Shown here: positions 19,592 through 27,822 of the stretch, piece after piece | Numbering within the stretch: position 1 is the first letter of the stretch | Layout of the letters: each line of letters opens with the position of its first letter | IMG/VR virus record: IMGVR_UViG_3300036772_000425 | Span: 74,924-138,923 of that record | Reading direction: 5' to 3' (one strand) | Length of the DNA: 64,000 nucleotides | Source of the DNA: a virus | Notes under the pieces: generated by a model | Databases searched by the model: none | What the model was told of the DNA's origin: nothing | The model's input: only the letters and a program-made list of their open reading frames with translations | Translations under genes and position numbers: made by a program

Positions 19592-19664
19592 TACCGGGAG
19601 AGGGACTTGAACCCTCGCTAACCCTGCTTATGAGACAGGTGCTCTGCCGCTGAGCTATCCCGGC
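19592..19664 (-). tRNA. tRNA-Met(CAU) (elongator, initiator or Ile2 not distinguished)
   Basis: T-arm gaggg-acttgaa-ccctc; anticodon stem ccugu/gcagg; loop cucauaa. Confidence 0.7.
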
Positions 19665-19668
19665 ATGA

Positions 19669-19923
19669 TCATGAGAACCAACTACGAACCCTGGTCGCAA
19701 TGCGCCACACGAGCTCCCTGAAGGGGCCCGGATGCATGTCGAATGAGGGACACTCGACGAACTTCCCCCAAGGACGCAGGTCCAGCCCGCGCTCGTAACC
19801 GAGGGCACATCCGCATGCTGCGAAGTAGCTGCCTGGGCAGTTTACGCAACGATGCCACTGGAAATCTTCCGTCTCCATGGGACGGATGAACCAGCCCAGG
19901 ATCATGTACCACACTCTTTTCAT
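19669..19923 (-). CDS. small Cys-rich hypothetical protein
   Basis: 84-aa ORF between two tRNAs; CVNCPGS...CGC. Confidence 0.3.
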   Translation of the reverse strand: MKRVWYMILGWFIRPMETEDFQWHRCVNCPGSYFAACGCALGYERGLDLRPWGKFVECPSFDMHPGPFRELVWRIATRVRSWFS

Positions 19924-20002
19924 GTGCCAAAGGTGGGACTCGAACCCACACGCTCACGCGCTCCATTCTAAACGGAGTGTGTCTGCCATTTCACCACTCT
20001 GG
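19924..20002 (-). tRNA. tRNA-Leu(UAG), class II
   Basis: 80 nt; acceptor with one G-U; T-arm gtggg-actcgaa-cccac; loop uuuagaa; long D-loop and variable region. Confidence 0.65.
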
Positions 20003-20016
20003 CGCTGTCTGATCCT

Positions 20017-20511
20017 CTACGGACGTGTTCGGGCCACTAGCTCCGATGATGATTGCACCTTGTCATTCCCGCCGACCCCGAAAACCACGCTGCAACCGAT
20101 CCTCGTGCATGCCTCAAATTCGGGCACGACGGCTGAGCTCGATCGATCACCGCCCTTCGCAAAGACGTTCGGCAGCAGTGCCTCGATCGCGCCCGTCACG
20201 AACTGGCCACCATCGTCCCATGTGACCACGTAATCCACGCCCCTGATCGCTGAGACCAGCTCGAGCCTTTCCTCGACCTTCATGAAGGAGTAACCCTTCT
20301 TGCGCGCCAGGAAACCATCACCGTTGACGATCACGATCAGGATGCCGCGTTCTCCCTTCAAACGGGCGGCCTCCTGGATGCAGCGAAGGTGTCCCACGTG
20401 GATGGGATCGAAACCACCCGAGGTTGTGACCACCGTCAGGTCGGGATCTGATTCCCGCTTCGATCGGACGATCCCTGCAGCACGTTCGATGCTCACGATC
20501 TCTGCGTTCAT
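20017..20511 (-). CDS. cytidylyltransferase-fold nucleotidyltransferase (HxGH motif)
   Basis: Trimmed to ATG 20511; VVTTSGGFDPIHVGHLRCIQEAARL matches the (H/T)xGH class-I nucleotidyltransferase motif (TagD/RfaE-II/NMNAT-like). Confidence 0.6.
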   Translation of the reverse strand: MNAEIVSIERAAGIVRSKRESDPDLTVVTTSGGFDPIHVGHLRCIQEAARLKGERGILIVIVNGDGFLARKKGYSFMKVEERLELVSAIRGVDYVVTWDDGGQFVTGAIEALLPNVFAKGGDRSSSAVVPEFEACTRIGCSVVFGVGGNDKVQSSSELVARTRP

Positions 20512-20512
20512 G

Positions 20513-20586
20513 TGCCCCCGGTAGGATTCGAACCTACAACCTCGCGCTTCGAAGGCGCTTGCTCTGATCCGTTGAGCTACGGGGGC
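20513..20586 (-). tRNA. tRNA-Arg(UCG) (tentative)
   Basis: acceptor gcccccg/cgggggc perfect; T-arm gtagg-attcgaa-cctac; anticodon stem gcgc/gcgc with loop cuucgaa. Confidence 0.6.
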
Positions 20587-20939
20587 GTGGAAATGAGGCG
20601 GAGATCTAAGCGGAGTTCTGTCGAGGACGATCATTCATCTTGGGTGCACGTCACCGTGCACCTCTAGCAACAACCCGCATGCTCGGGCGAACAACCCTCG
20701 AGCGCATGCTGTTTGTCTTGCTCCGGGAGGGGCCCCATACCGTCCGCATTGCTGCGTCCGTGGTGGGCTCTTACCCCACCGTTTCAACCTTGCCTGATCC
20801 CTTGCGGGCCATCGGCGGTCTGTTTTCTGTTGAGCCTTCCGACACCTTACGGTGCCCAGTGATTACCTGGTACCCTGTTCTAGGGAGCTCCGACTTTCCT
20901 CTACGCTCTGCAGCGCAGCGATCGTCTTTCCCTGCCTCG

Positions 20940-21023
20940 TGCCATCGGGGGGAGTCGAACCCCCACGCCCTTGCGAGCATCGGCTTCTGAGGCCGACGTG
21001 ACTGCCAGTTCCACCACAATGGC
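20940..21023 (-). tRNA. tRNA-Leu(CAG), class II
   Basis: 84 nt; T-arm ggggg-agtcgaa-ccccc; anticodon stem tcggc/gccga; loop cucagaa. Confidence 0.7.
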
Positions 21024-21030
21024 ATTGTGA

Positions 21031-21531
21031 TCAATCGTGATCACGTCGTGATTGAGAAATCTTAGCTCTCGATTCTTCTGTGTGATGTCGACCTTTGAAT
21101 CCATGAGTGGGTGTCAGAGCATGACAGTTTGGACACAAGTACCGAAGGTTGGTAGGATCAGGATTTGAACTGTTACCATCGATGTGATCGATTTCAAGCT
21201 CAAGAGGTTTTCCATTCCACTCACCGGTGTTTCCGCACTTCACACATCGATATTCACGATCAAGTTCTTGAAGAACTCGACGCAATATCGTCGTACGAAC
21301 TCCGCGTTTAATCGTATGGATGTTTTGGGCGGTGATCTTTTCGGGTCCCCCACGGTGACGCTCACCAGAATTTGCTGAACGCCCCAAGAAGTGAGTTACA
21401 TCGAGCTGAAGTGCTTCAATTTCACGCTTGACAGCATGCCAAGCAGAACCAGAAGTCATTCCCATACGTAGAACAACTTCACGATAACTCTTTGAGGAAG
21501 CCACAACAACGATCAATTTCTCTCGATCCAT
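21031..21531 (-). CDS. HNH homing endonuclease
   Basis: Trimmed to ATG 21531 (MDREKL...); CVKCG...ELEIDHIDGNSSNPDPTNLRYLCPNCH. Confidence 0.65.
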   Translation of the reverse strand: MDREKLIVVVASSKSYREVVLRMGMTSGSAWHAVKREIEALQLDVTHFLGRSANSGERHRGGPEKITAQNIHTIKRGVRTTILRRVLQELDREYRCVKCGNTGEWNGKPLELEIDHIDGNSSNPDPTNLRYLCPNCHALTPTHGFKGRHHTEESRAKISQSRRDHD

Positions 21532-21573
21532 GAGGCAATGGTACTGTTCTTTTAGTACTTGTATTTGCCTAAG

Positions 21574-21659
21574 TGCCATCGAGGGGATTCGAACCCCTAC
21601 ACCCATTACGGGTACAACGTTCTCAACGTTGCGCGCCTGCCTAATTTCGCCACGATGGC
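21574..21659 (-). tRNA. tRNA-Leu(GAG), class II
   Basis: 86 nt; acceptor gccatcg/cgatggc; T-arm agggg-attcgaa-cccct; loop uugagaa. Confidence 0.7.
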
Positions 21660-21664
21660 ATGGG

Positions 21665-21737
21665 TACCCCCAACGGGATTCGAACCCGTATACCCAGAGT
21701 GAAGGTCTGGTGTCCTGAACCGTTAGACGATGGGGGC
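21665..21737 (-). tRNA. tRNA-Glu(UUC) (tentative; C33 in my fold)
   Basis: acceptor with G1-U72; T-arm acggg-attcgaa-cccgt; loop ccuucac. Confidence 0.6.
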
Positions 21738-21894
21738 ATTCACCTGGAGGGTGCCTTACGGGCCTCCCGCTTGTCGAAGTTGACCTTGTAGACGATCATC
21801 CCAGTGACCAGGACCACAAAACCGGTGGCAAGCAGCAGGTTGTGCCTCATACCTGCATCATACCAACAGCCGTGGTCCCAGTACACTGATACGG

Positions 21895-21967
21895 AGCTGG
21901 TGAGGAGAGTCGAACTCCTAACCGCCTGCTTACAAGGCAGGTGCTCTGCCAATTGAGCTACACCAGC
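21895..21967 (-). tRNA. tRNA-Thr(UGU)
   Basis: acceptor gctggtg/caccagc; T-arm aggag-agtcgaa-ctcct; loop cuuguaa. Confidence 0.7.
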
Positions 21968-22065
21968 GTTTGACCTTTCACCTTCGCTCTGGGACTCGCA
22001 CCCAGACCTTCCCAGTTGGCTGCCGGGACTTCATCTCTCCGAATTCGCTTGACAGTTACTCGGTG

Positions 22066-22139
22066 TGTCCCCGGAGGGATTCGAACCCCCAGATCTTCCC
22101 GCTTTAAGGGGGACGCGTTTGCCCTTTCGCCACGAGGAC
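22066..22139 (-). tRNA. tRNA, class-I length, anticodon arm ambiguous (reads UAA with a 4-bp stem)
   Basis: acceptor 7 bp with one G-U; T-arm gaggg-attcgaa-ccccc; anticodon stem only 4 bp. Confidence 0.45.
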
Positions 22140-22143
22140 ATCG

Positions 22144-22215
22144 AGCGAGCAGCGGGGATCGAACCCGCGACGAACAGCTTGGAAGGCTGTCACTCTACCG
22201 CTGAGCTATGCTCGC
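22144..22215 (-). tRNA. tRNA-Gly(UCC), second copy
   Basis: acceptor gcgagca/tgctcgc; T-arm gcggg-gatcgaa-cccgc; loop cuuccaa. Confidence 0.65.
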
Positions 22216-22304
22216 ATTGGTGCGAAGTACGAGGACACCCCTTCGCGTGGATGCTATTGTTCCGGCACCAGAGCAAGGTTGGTTGGGTGCTTCACCGGCC
22301 CTCG

Positions 22305-22375
22305 AGCAGACGACCGGAATCGAACCGGTGTGTTCAGGATGGCGTCCTGATGCCTAACCATTCGGCCACGCCTGC
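22305..22375 (-). tRNA. tRNA (anticodon GCC read, Gly?; C33 in my fold)
   Basis: acceptor 7 bp with one G-U; T-arm accgg-aatcgaa-ccggt; loop acgccau. Confidence 0.5.
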
Positions 22376-22486
22376 GTATTGTCTTTCACCTGCACCGCGC
22401 GGGACTCCCACCCGCTGTTTAGATCAAACCACCTTGCGGTGTGTCCAGACCGGCTGGTCATTTCGACCCTCGAAGTTACTCGACGG

Positions 22487-22558
22487 AGCTGGCGGCGGGA
22501 ATCGAACCCGCGTGATCCTCCGTACCGAGGAGGTGCGTGACCACTACGCTACACCAGC
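22487..22558 (-). tRNA. tRNA-Thr(GGU) (tentative)
   Basis: acceptor with G-U; T-arm gcggg-aatcgaa-cccgc; anticodon stem ccucc/ggagg; loop ucgguac. Confidence 0.6.
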
Positions 22559-22570
22559 ATGTTCGCGCGT

Positions 22571-22670
22571 TCAACTACTGGGATTCGAACCCACATGCCC
22601 TTTCAGGCACCCGGGTTTGAGCCAGGTGCGTCTGCCTGTTCCGCCATCGGATCTCTCCTTGACGAGTTGA
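22571..22670 (-). ncRNA. elongated tRNA-like element (~100 nt) with Leu(CAA)-type anticodon arm
   Basis: acceptor tcaacta/gagttga 6 of 7; canonical T-arm; variable hairpin tgcc-ctttca-ggca; anticodon arm cccgg-gtttgag-ccagg; about 17 nt extra before the 5' acceptor with no canonical D-arm. Confidence 0.4.
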
Positions 22671-22685
22671 CGTTTACTTGCGCGG

Positions 22686-22757
22686 AGTAGAGGGTGGGAG
22701 TCGAACCCACTATCACCTGTTTTGCAGACAGGGTCCTTGCCGTCAGGAATCCACTAC
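22686..22757 (-). tRNA. tRNA-Cys(GCA)
   Basis: T-arm gtggg-agtcgaa-cccac; anticodon stem ccugu/acagg; loop cugcaaa; acceptor has one U-U mismatch. Confidence 0.7.
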
Positions 22758-22924
22758 ATCTTCGGGATTGTCACGGTCCTTCATGGGATCATCCAACCCC
22801 CGATCGTCGCCATCGTCCCGGCTGTTCGGCCCATCTGGCAACCGAAGTTGGTCAACCAGGGCCTCACGGATAATTCTGCGAAGCTCTTGAACAGAGATAC
22901 CGATGCTCACGTCTCTAATTATGG

Positions 22925-22997
22925 TCCCTCACGGTCGGATTTGAACCGACGACGCCCGGGTTTCAGCCGGGTGCTCTACCAACTGAGCTACGGAGGG
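22925..22997 (-). tRNA. tRNA-Phe(GAA) with a bulged nucleotide in the acceptor stem
   Basis: T-arm gtcgg-atttgaa-ccgac; anticodon stem cccgg/ccggg; loop cugaaac; D-arm gctc/gagc; 3' acceptor strand carries one extra nucleotide. Confidence 0.6.
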
Positions 22998-23000
22998 ATG

Positions 23001-23072
23001 GGTGGTCGACGGGATTCGAACCCGCGTAAGCACGGTCACAACGTGCCCCCTGAACCGCTCGGGTACGACCAC
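23001..23072 (-). tRNA. tRNA-His(GUG)
   Basis: acceptor gtggtcg/cgaccac; anticodon stem gcacg/cgtgc; loop uugugac. Confidence 0.7.
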
Positions 23073-23074
23073 AG

Positions 23075-23148
23075 TCGGGAAGGAGGGACTCGAACCCCCG
23101 ATCTCGTGTTTCCAGAACACGCGCGATACCAAACTTCGCTACTTCCCG
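23075..23148 (-). tRNA. tRNA-Pro(UGG) (tentative; loop register ambiguous)
   Basis: acceptor cgggaag/cttcccg; T-arm gaggg-actcgaa-ccccc; anticodon hairpin cgtgt-ttccaga-acacg. Confidence 0.55.
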
Positions 23149-23585
23149 TTTCGTTTCTTGTTTCCGTAGGTCGGCGTTTGAGTGTGACAGTTGGGACACA
23201 AGAATCTCAAATTCTTAATTTCATTGTTGAAATGATCTCCGTCGATGTGATCGAGTTGAAGCGTCAGAGGTTTTCCATTCCAACGTGCTCCAATTCCACA
23301 TAGTTGACAAGAGTAATCACAGCCAGATGCTAGTAAGGCTTTTCTTCTAGATCTACCCGAGGAATCCTTCTGAAAGATCTGTGTGAGTTTTTCAGGCGTC
23401 AAATGAGTTCTGCGATGGCCACCCAAAGCTGAACCTGATTTGAAATCCTTGTCGCATGCATCACATCGATGTTCGATTGATCGGGGTGGTCGTTTAGGAA
23501 GGTCTCCTTTACGAACATGCGAAGAACGATGACCTGCGTATTTTTCCTTCACATCAGTTTTGTAATCACACAGATCACAATTCAT
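23139..23585 (-). CDS. HNH homing endonuclease with two N-terminal C2H2-type zinc fingers
   Basis: 148 aa; CDLCDYKT..HRSSH and CDACDKDF..HRRTH; CQLCG...LQLDHIDGDHFNNEIKNLRFLCPNCH; its stop overlaps the adjacent tRNA-Pro by about 10 nt. Confidence 0.65.
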   Translation of the reverse strand: MNCDLCDYKTDVKEKYAGHRSSHVRKGDLPKRPPRSIEHRCDACDKDFKSGSALGGHRRTHLTPEKLTQIFQKDSSGRSRRKALLASGCDYSCQLCGIGARWNGKPLTLQLDHIDGDHFNNEIKNLRFLCPNCHTQTPTYGNKKRNGK

Positions 23586-23589
23586 AGAG

Positions 23590-23660
23590 AGCTGGCGAAG
23601 GGACTCGAACCCTCACAGGCCTGCTTACGATGCAGGTACCCACCGTTGGGTGACGCCAGC
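23590..23660 (-). tRNA. tRNA-Thr(CGU)
   Basis: acceptor gctggcg/cgccagc; anticodon stem ccugc/gcagg; loop aucguaa. Confidence 0.7.
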
Positions 23661-23735
23661 GTCCTGGTCGCAGTCTCTCCTGCGGTGTCACGCCGTTTTG
23701 CTGACGTTTGCTCCGGTCTTTTTCACCCGGTGTGG

Positions 23736-23809
23736 TCGGAAAGACAGGATTCGAACCTGCGACTTCCACGTCCCGAACGTGGCGCTCTACCAAGCTGAGC
23801 TACTTTCCG
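23736..23809 (-). tRNA. tRNA-Pro(CGG)
   Basis: acceptor cggaaag/ctttccg; anticodon stem ccacg/cgugg; loop uucggga (G37). Confidence 0.7.
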
Positions 23810-23896
23810 ATAGGAACGTCCACGACCCTGGGAGTGTATGCCCAGCGTTACCGTCACCGTCACCTCCTCTTGGTGACCGATCTTGAACGTTAAGTG

Positions 23897-23968
23897 TCAG
23901 GAAGGTGGGACTCGAACCCACGACCTCAGCGATCCCGTCGCCGCCGTCTGCCACTGACTTACTTCCTG
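23897..23968 (-). tRNA. tRNA-Pro(GGG) (tentative)
   Basis: acceptor caggaag/cttcctg; T-arm gtggg-actcgaa-cccac; loop acgggau. Confidence 0.6.
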
Positions 23969-23969
23969 G

Positions 23970-24044
23970 TCGAGTGAGCAGGATTCGAACCTGCGATCCC
24001 CTGGTTCCGGACCAGGTGCGATAACCAAACTTCGCCATCACTCG
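23970..24044 (-). tRNA. tRNA (anticodon CGG read; 5-bp/7-nt versus 6-bp/5-nt loop ambiguous)
   Basis: acceptor cgagtga/tcactcg; T-arm gcagg-attcgaa-cctgc; hairpin cctgg-ttccgga-ccagg. Confidence 0.5.
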
Positions 24045-24051
24045 ATGGTGC

Positions 24052-24167
24052 GTGCAGAAGAGGACTCGAACCCCTTCGTCCCTTGCGTGCTGGGATGCCA
24101 TCCCAGTGCCCGAATCGAACGGGCTGACAACTAGACGGGACTGCTCAACCGGTGAGCACATCTGCAC
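24052..24167 (-). ncRNA. elongated tRNA-like element (~116 nt) with about 45 extra nt between the T-arm and D-arm
   Basis: perfect 7-bp acceptor gtgcaga/tctgcac; T-arm near X; D-arm gctc-aaccggt-gagc near Y; interior holds a GGC-anticodon-like hairpin ctggg-atgccat-cccag plus a second T-arm-like hairpin gcccg-aatcgaa-cgggc. Confidence 0.4.
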
Positions 24168-24208
24168 ATGTCCAATGAACGGAGGTTACACCTCCTGGAG
24201 AGGGATGT

Positions 24209-24910
24209 TCATGCATCCATGATCGCTCTTGGAAAGCGTTGCTGGGCGTACGCAACCCATCGTTCCCTGACGTTCCTGATCACCTGCTTCATGGCCTGCA
24301 TGTCGGCCCCTGCCTTCTTTGCAAGCTTCACGTAGTTCCACAGCAGGCTGTCGACGTGTTCGATGAACGGGATCCTCAGGCGCTTCGCAGCATGGTAGAT
24401 CCCGGCCACGTAGGCTGCAACCTCGGCCGGTGAGGTGAAGTACGCCTCCACTGCCGTCGGATCTGACCAGATGTTCTCGGTAGGACCCAGTGCCCTGTTG
24501 ACCACCTTGGCTCCTGACAGCATCTCGGCAGATTGGGTGCTGTGCTCCAGCTCGTGCCTGACAGTGTCGTAGCATTTCTGTTGGATCAGCGACAGGTGCT
24601 CACCCAACAGGATCCCCTCACTTGAACCGACGGTGATGCTGATCTGCAGGACCCTTTCGTTCTCAGACCACGATCCTGACACGTTGACAGCATCGGTCCT
24701 GGACTTGACAAGCTTGACGTACAAGCGCAGCTCGATCGGTCCTTCCTTTCGGGGGATCGATTTCTTGACGCCCAGGGAACCTCGCTGGTTCAACCGCCCG
24801 GACGATAGCTTGCAAACAGCGATGATGTAACCGACGACCTGGCGTGCCAGGGTGTCGAGCCTGGATTCAGCCAGCAACTTCAGCATCACCCTCTCGTACG
24901 GAACCATCAT
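24209..24910 (-). CDS. putative HExxH zinc metallopeptidase
   Basis: 233 aa; motif TVRHELEHS. Confidence 0.45.
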   Translation of the reverse strand: MMVPYERVMLKLLAESRLDTLARQVVGYIIAVCKLSSGRLNQRGSLGVKKSIPRKEGPIELRLYVKLVKSRTDAVNVSGSWSENERVLQISITVGSSEGILLGEHLSLIQQKCYDTVRHELEHSTQSAEMLSGAKVVNRALGPTENIWSDPTAVEAYFTSPAEVAAYVAGIYHAAKRLRIPFIEHVDSLLWNYVKLAKKAGADMQAMKQVIRNVRERWVAYAQQRFPRAIMDA

Positions 24911-24942
24911 CCTAAGTATTCTCCACAGTCTCCACCTCGGTT

Positions 24943-24958
24943 GGCGTCAGCCAGGTTC
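24943..24958. repeat. perfect 16-bp palindrome AGGTTCGATCGAACCT
   Basis: self-complementary over 16 nt between the tRNA block and the HExxH gene; built from two T-loop-like half sites. Confidence 0.5.
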
Positions 24959-25053
24959 GATCGAACCTAGCCGCACAAGTCGCTTACATCCGGTATTCCG
25001 TAAGAGAGGCGACGACCCAAGGAGCGCAGAAATCTGTGTTACATCTTCATTCG

Positions 25054-25125
25054 TTGGCACCGAGGGACTCGAACCCTCGACATCCGCGGTGTGGGCGCGG
25101 CGCTCTGCCTCTGAGCTAGGTGCCA
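25054..25125 (-). tRNA. tRNA-Val(CAC)-like (C33 in my fold)
   Basis: acceptor tggcacc/ggtgcca; T-arm gaggg-actcgaa-ccctc; anticodon stem ccgcg/cgcgg; loop cccacac. Confidence 0.55.
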
Positions 25126-25142
25126 GTGACTCTTCTCTACGG

Positions 25143-25217
25143 TCGGGGCGACAGGATTCGAACCTGCGACCTCGTGCGCCCAAGGCACGCGCTCTAGCCA
25201 GGCTGAGCTACACCCCG
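25143..25217 (-). tRNA. tRNA-Pro(UGG)
   Basis: acceptor with one G-U; anticodon stem cgugc/gcacg; loop cuugggc (U33, G37); D-arm gctc-tagccaggct-gagc. Confidence 0.7.
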
Positions 25218-25401
25218 TTCTGCTTCTCTTTGCCGGCTGTTTCTTTCCGGCTTGCCACTTTCAACCCCCTGGGGGATGTGGCGTGCGAAACGGCAGCACG
25301 CTCAAGGTGGACGTAAGGCATCCGACGCCGAAGCGCCGTTCCTCTGTCCTGCCTGTCTGCATGCTCAACATCATTTGATGACTCGTTTCGACCTGACTGC
25401 G

Positions 25402-25473
25402 TGATCCCTACGGGACTTGAACCCGTGTCATCACGCTGAGAACGTGATGTCCTAGCCGCTAGACGAAGGGACC
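25402..25473 (-). tRNA. tRNA-Glu(CUC)
   Basis: T-arm acggg-acttgaa-cccgt; anticodon stem tcacg/cguga; loop uucucag. Confidence 0.7.
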
Positions 25474-25547
25474 GCTCTTGTCTACTCTATACAGCTGGCG
25501 TCCTTGTTCACAACTTTTTGTGAGAAATTGAACGCAGGAGCCCATGA

Positions 25548-25793
25548 TCATCCCAACCTGTTCAGACATGCGCACTGGATCCAACCACCGCCGTCAGGGC
25601 ACACGATGTAGACCTCTCCGCACGTCGTTCTATCCTGTGTGATGACCAGGGCAATCTGCCCCACCCTGAACCGAGCTATGATTCGGGCTTTCTCCGGGAG
25701 ATCGCGTCGCGTCGGGAAATTGTACAGGCCGATCCCGGCTGAGACCAGTTCAGGGGCCAGCACCACAAGCTGGCCCGGTCTGAACTGCTTCAT
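25548..25793 (-). CDS. hypothetical protein
   Basis: 81-aa ORF. Confidence 0.3.
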   Translation of the reverse strand: MKQFRPGQLVVLAPELVSAGIGLYNFPTRRDLPEKARIIARFRVGQIALVITQDRTTCGEVYIVCPDGGGWIQCACLNRLG

Positions 25794-25813
25794 GCTCCTA
25801 TGTATGGGGATCG

Positions 25814-26077
25814 TCAGGTTGCAGGCGCAAGAGGGGGCGGCGGATCGTCCTTGTCCTGATCGGGAGGTTCACGGAGGATCCGAAGCGCGTCCAACGCTTC
25901 TTCGATGATCCGCAGGATCGTCCAGCACGTCGCCGCGAGCAACATGACAACGACCGCTTGATCCGATCGGCCCATGCAGTTCCCGATCATGCCGAACAGC
26001 ACGATGATCCCGAAAAGGAGACGGTAGTACAGGGGCAACCTTGACCAGAATTGGTCCCAACGCTTGGGCTGTTCCAT
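25814..26077 (-). CDS. small membrane protein
   Basis: 87 aa; two hydrophobic segments, then a charged and Pro-rich tail. Confidence 0.35.
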   Translation of the reverse strand: MEQPKRWDQFWSRLPLYYRLLFGIIVLFGMIGNCMGRSDQAVVVMLLAATCWTILRIIEEALDALRILREPPDQDKDDPPPPLAPAT

Positions 26078-26377
26078 TCAATCCTTGGAGGTGACGGACG
26101 ACTTGAAGGCGCCGCCGACGGTGGAGACAAAGAGGGACAACCAGAATGCCTGCATGAAGCCGATCTGGTGGCTCAGGTCGAGGGTGGGCACAACACCCCA
26201 GTTCCAACCTGCGTAAAGGAACAGGGTGCCGAGCACCGCGGTGATCAGGATGAGGATGAACGAGACCACGAGGAGAAAGATGAAATTCAGCATGCTTGAT
26301 TCCTTCTTGGGAGTGTTGTTCACGAATCCACGGACAGCTTTTTCTTCCTTGTTCAGACGTGTACGGTACGGACCCAT
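26078..26377 (-). CDS. small membrane protein (two TM helices)
   Basis: Trimmed to ATG 26377 so that it starts after the upstream gene's stop; hydrophobic LNFIFLLVVSFILILITAVLG... Confidence 0.35.
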   Translation of the reverse strand: MGPYRTRLNKEEKAVRGFVNNTPKKESSMLNFIFLLVVSFILILITAVLGTLFLYAGWNWGVVPTLDLSHQIGFMQAFWLSLFVSTVGGAFKSSVTSKD

Positions 26378-26390
26378 GTGCACATCTCCT

Positions 26391-27788
26391 TCAGCGCCAG
26401 GCTTCCGCCATGGGCCGATCCTTCGACAGGAAGATCTGGGTCTCGGGCATCTCGAAGGCCAGCTTACAGCCTTGGCCCAGGACCCAACCCCGCTTGATGC
26501 GGCTGGGGACCGGTGAACCAGCCTGTCCATCGGTCATGATGAGCATGCCGTCCCACCGCCCACGGTTCTTCGGATCATTGACGAAGTTGGTGGGTGCGTT
26601 GAAGTCCGTACCGCCACCTCGCATCCTCTGGAGCTTGGGCCGCATGCCGCGCTTCCACTCGTAGACATCATTCTCACCGCAACCGCAGTCGAAGTGAATC
26701 AGTGTGATGTCGACGCGACGGGTCAGCGAATCGAGCTCGGCGAAGAACATCTCCAGCATGCTGTCGTCCACCGAACCCGATTCATCGATGGCGACAATCA
26801 GCTTGGCGTTGTAGCCGCGCTTGGTCCCTGGGTGGATGTACGGGTACCGCTTGTTGATCCGTTTGATGGTGGTGACCCGTTGTCCACGCACGAGGCTGCC
26901 GACGAACTGACGGAGCACAGTACGCCAGTCGACCACCGTTGACACCGAGCGCCTGATCTCATCCCGAAGTTCGGCGGGGATGTTGCCCCATCCGTCGGCG
27001 CGCTCGTCGGCGTGCCTGACTGCCTTCTCGACCAGTGCCCGGATCCTTCCTGCCACGTACTCTCGAGCCTCCTCCGGAAGACCATCATCCCAACCGCTAT
27101 GGTCATCGAGCGCGACCAGGATGGGATCCTGCCCCTCTCCGGGGTACTTGTCAGGGTTTTTCTTGCGATCCTCCTGAAGCTGCTGGAAGTACCACTCCGA
27201 CGCCTTCTCGGTCGGCATCTTTTCGATCAGGTCGGAGAAGTGCTCGATCGCCTTCTTGCGCTCGGGGGTCAATGCCTCGAACCGGGCGGGATCGACCCAG
27301 GGTCGGGTGCCGGGCACCAGGGCAATTTTGGGCAACGGACCGGTGGGCACGCCGTGGTCCAGGTCACGCGAGTTGCCGTGGTTCTTCACGATCATAGAGT
27401 TGATCGCGAGGTCGGTGGCGATGTTCCAGTCGTCCGCCGGATCATGGCGTCGAACGTTCAGGTGCCCGAAGACCAGGTGGTTGAACTCGTGGGTCAGGAC
27501 CCCTCGGGTCTCCCAGTTGGTCAGCCCGGTCTCCTTGATGATGACATCCTTACCGTTTCGGTCCTTGCGAACGTACTCGCCGCCGCCCATGAAGGCAGGG
27601 TTGACCCACATGATGAGCTCATCAGCCTTCGGATCGAAGGCGACCGCCGCGGTCGGAACGTCGTAGGTGAAGTGCTTGTGAATGTGGCGCGACATTTCTG
27701 CGTAGAAGGGCACGTCCTGCATGAACGGGATCAGGTGACGGCTCAGGTTGTAACTGTGTTCGATCGAGCTCCAGCGCATGCTCACCAT
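26391..27788 (-). CDS. VWA-domain protein with N-terminal HExxH metallopeptidase-like domain (DUF2201-like), a typical MoxR partner
   Basis: 465 aa; HEFNHLVFGH; C-terminal VAIDESGSVDD (MIDAS DxSxS). Confidence 0.65.
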   Translation of the reverse strand: MVSMRWSSIEHSYNLSRHLIPFMQDVPFYAEMSRHIHKHFTYDVPTAAVAFDPKADELIMWVNPAFMGGGEYVRKDRNGKDVIIKETGLTNWETRGVLTHEFNHLVFGHLNVRRHDPADDWNIATDLAINSMIVKNHGNSRDLDHGVPTGPLPKIALVPGTRPWVDPARFEALTPERKKAIEHFSDLIEKMPTEKASEWYFQQLQEDRKKNPDKYPGEGQDPILVALDDHSGWDDGLPEEAREYVAGRIRALVEKAVRHADERADGWGNIPAELRDEIRRSVSTVVDWRTVLRQFVGSLVRGQRVTTIKRINKRYPYIHPGTKRGYNAKLIVAIDESGSVDDSMLEMFFAELDSLTRRVDITLIHFDCGCGENDVYEWKRGMRPKLQRMRGGGTDFNAPTNFVNDPKNRGRWDGMLIMTDGQAGSPVPSRIKRGWVLGQGCKLAFEMPETQIFLSKDRPMAEAWR

Positions 27789-27822
27789 CCTACCGTGTAC
27801 GGGCCGTGCATTGCACAGCGGT

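Noticed and set aside
22016-23303. Plus-strand ORFs (for example 22065..22670 and 22722..23303) across the tRNA block
   Set aside because: They run antisense through consecutive tRNA genes, and their translations are Pro/Arg/Ser-rich with no motifs; read as spurious.
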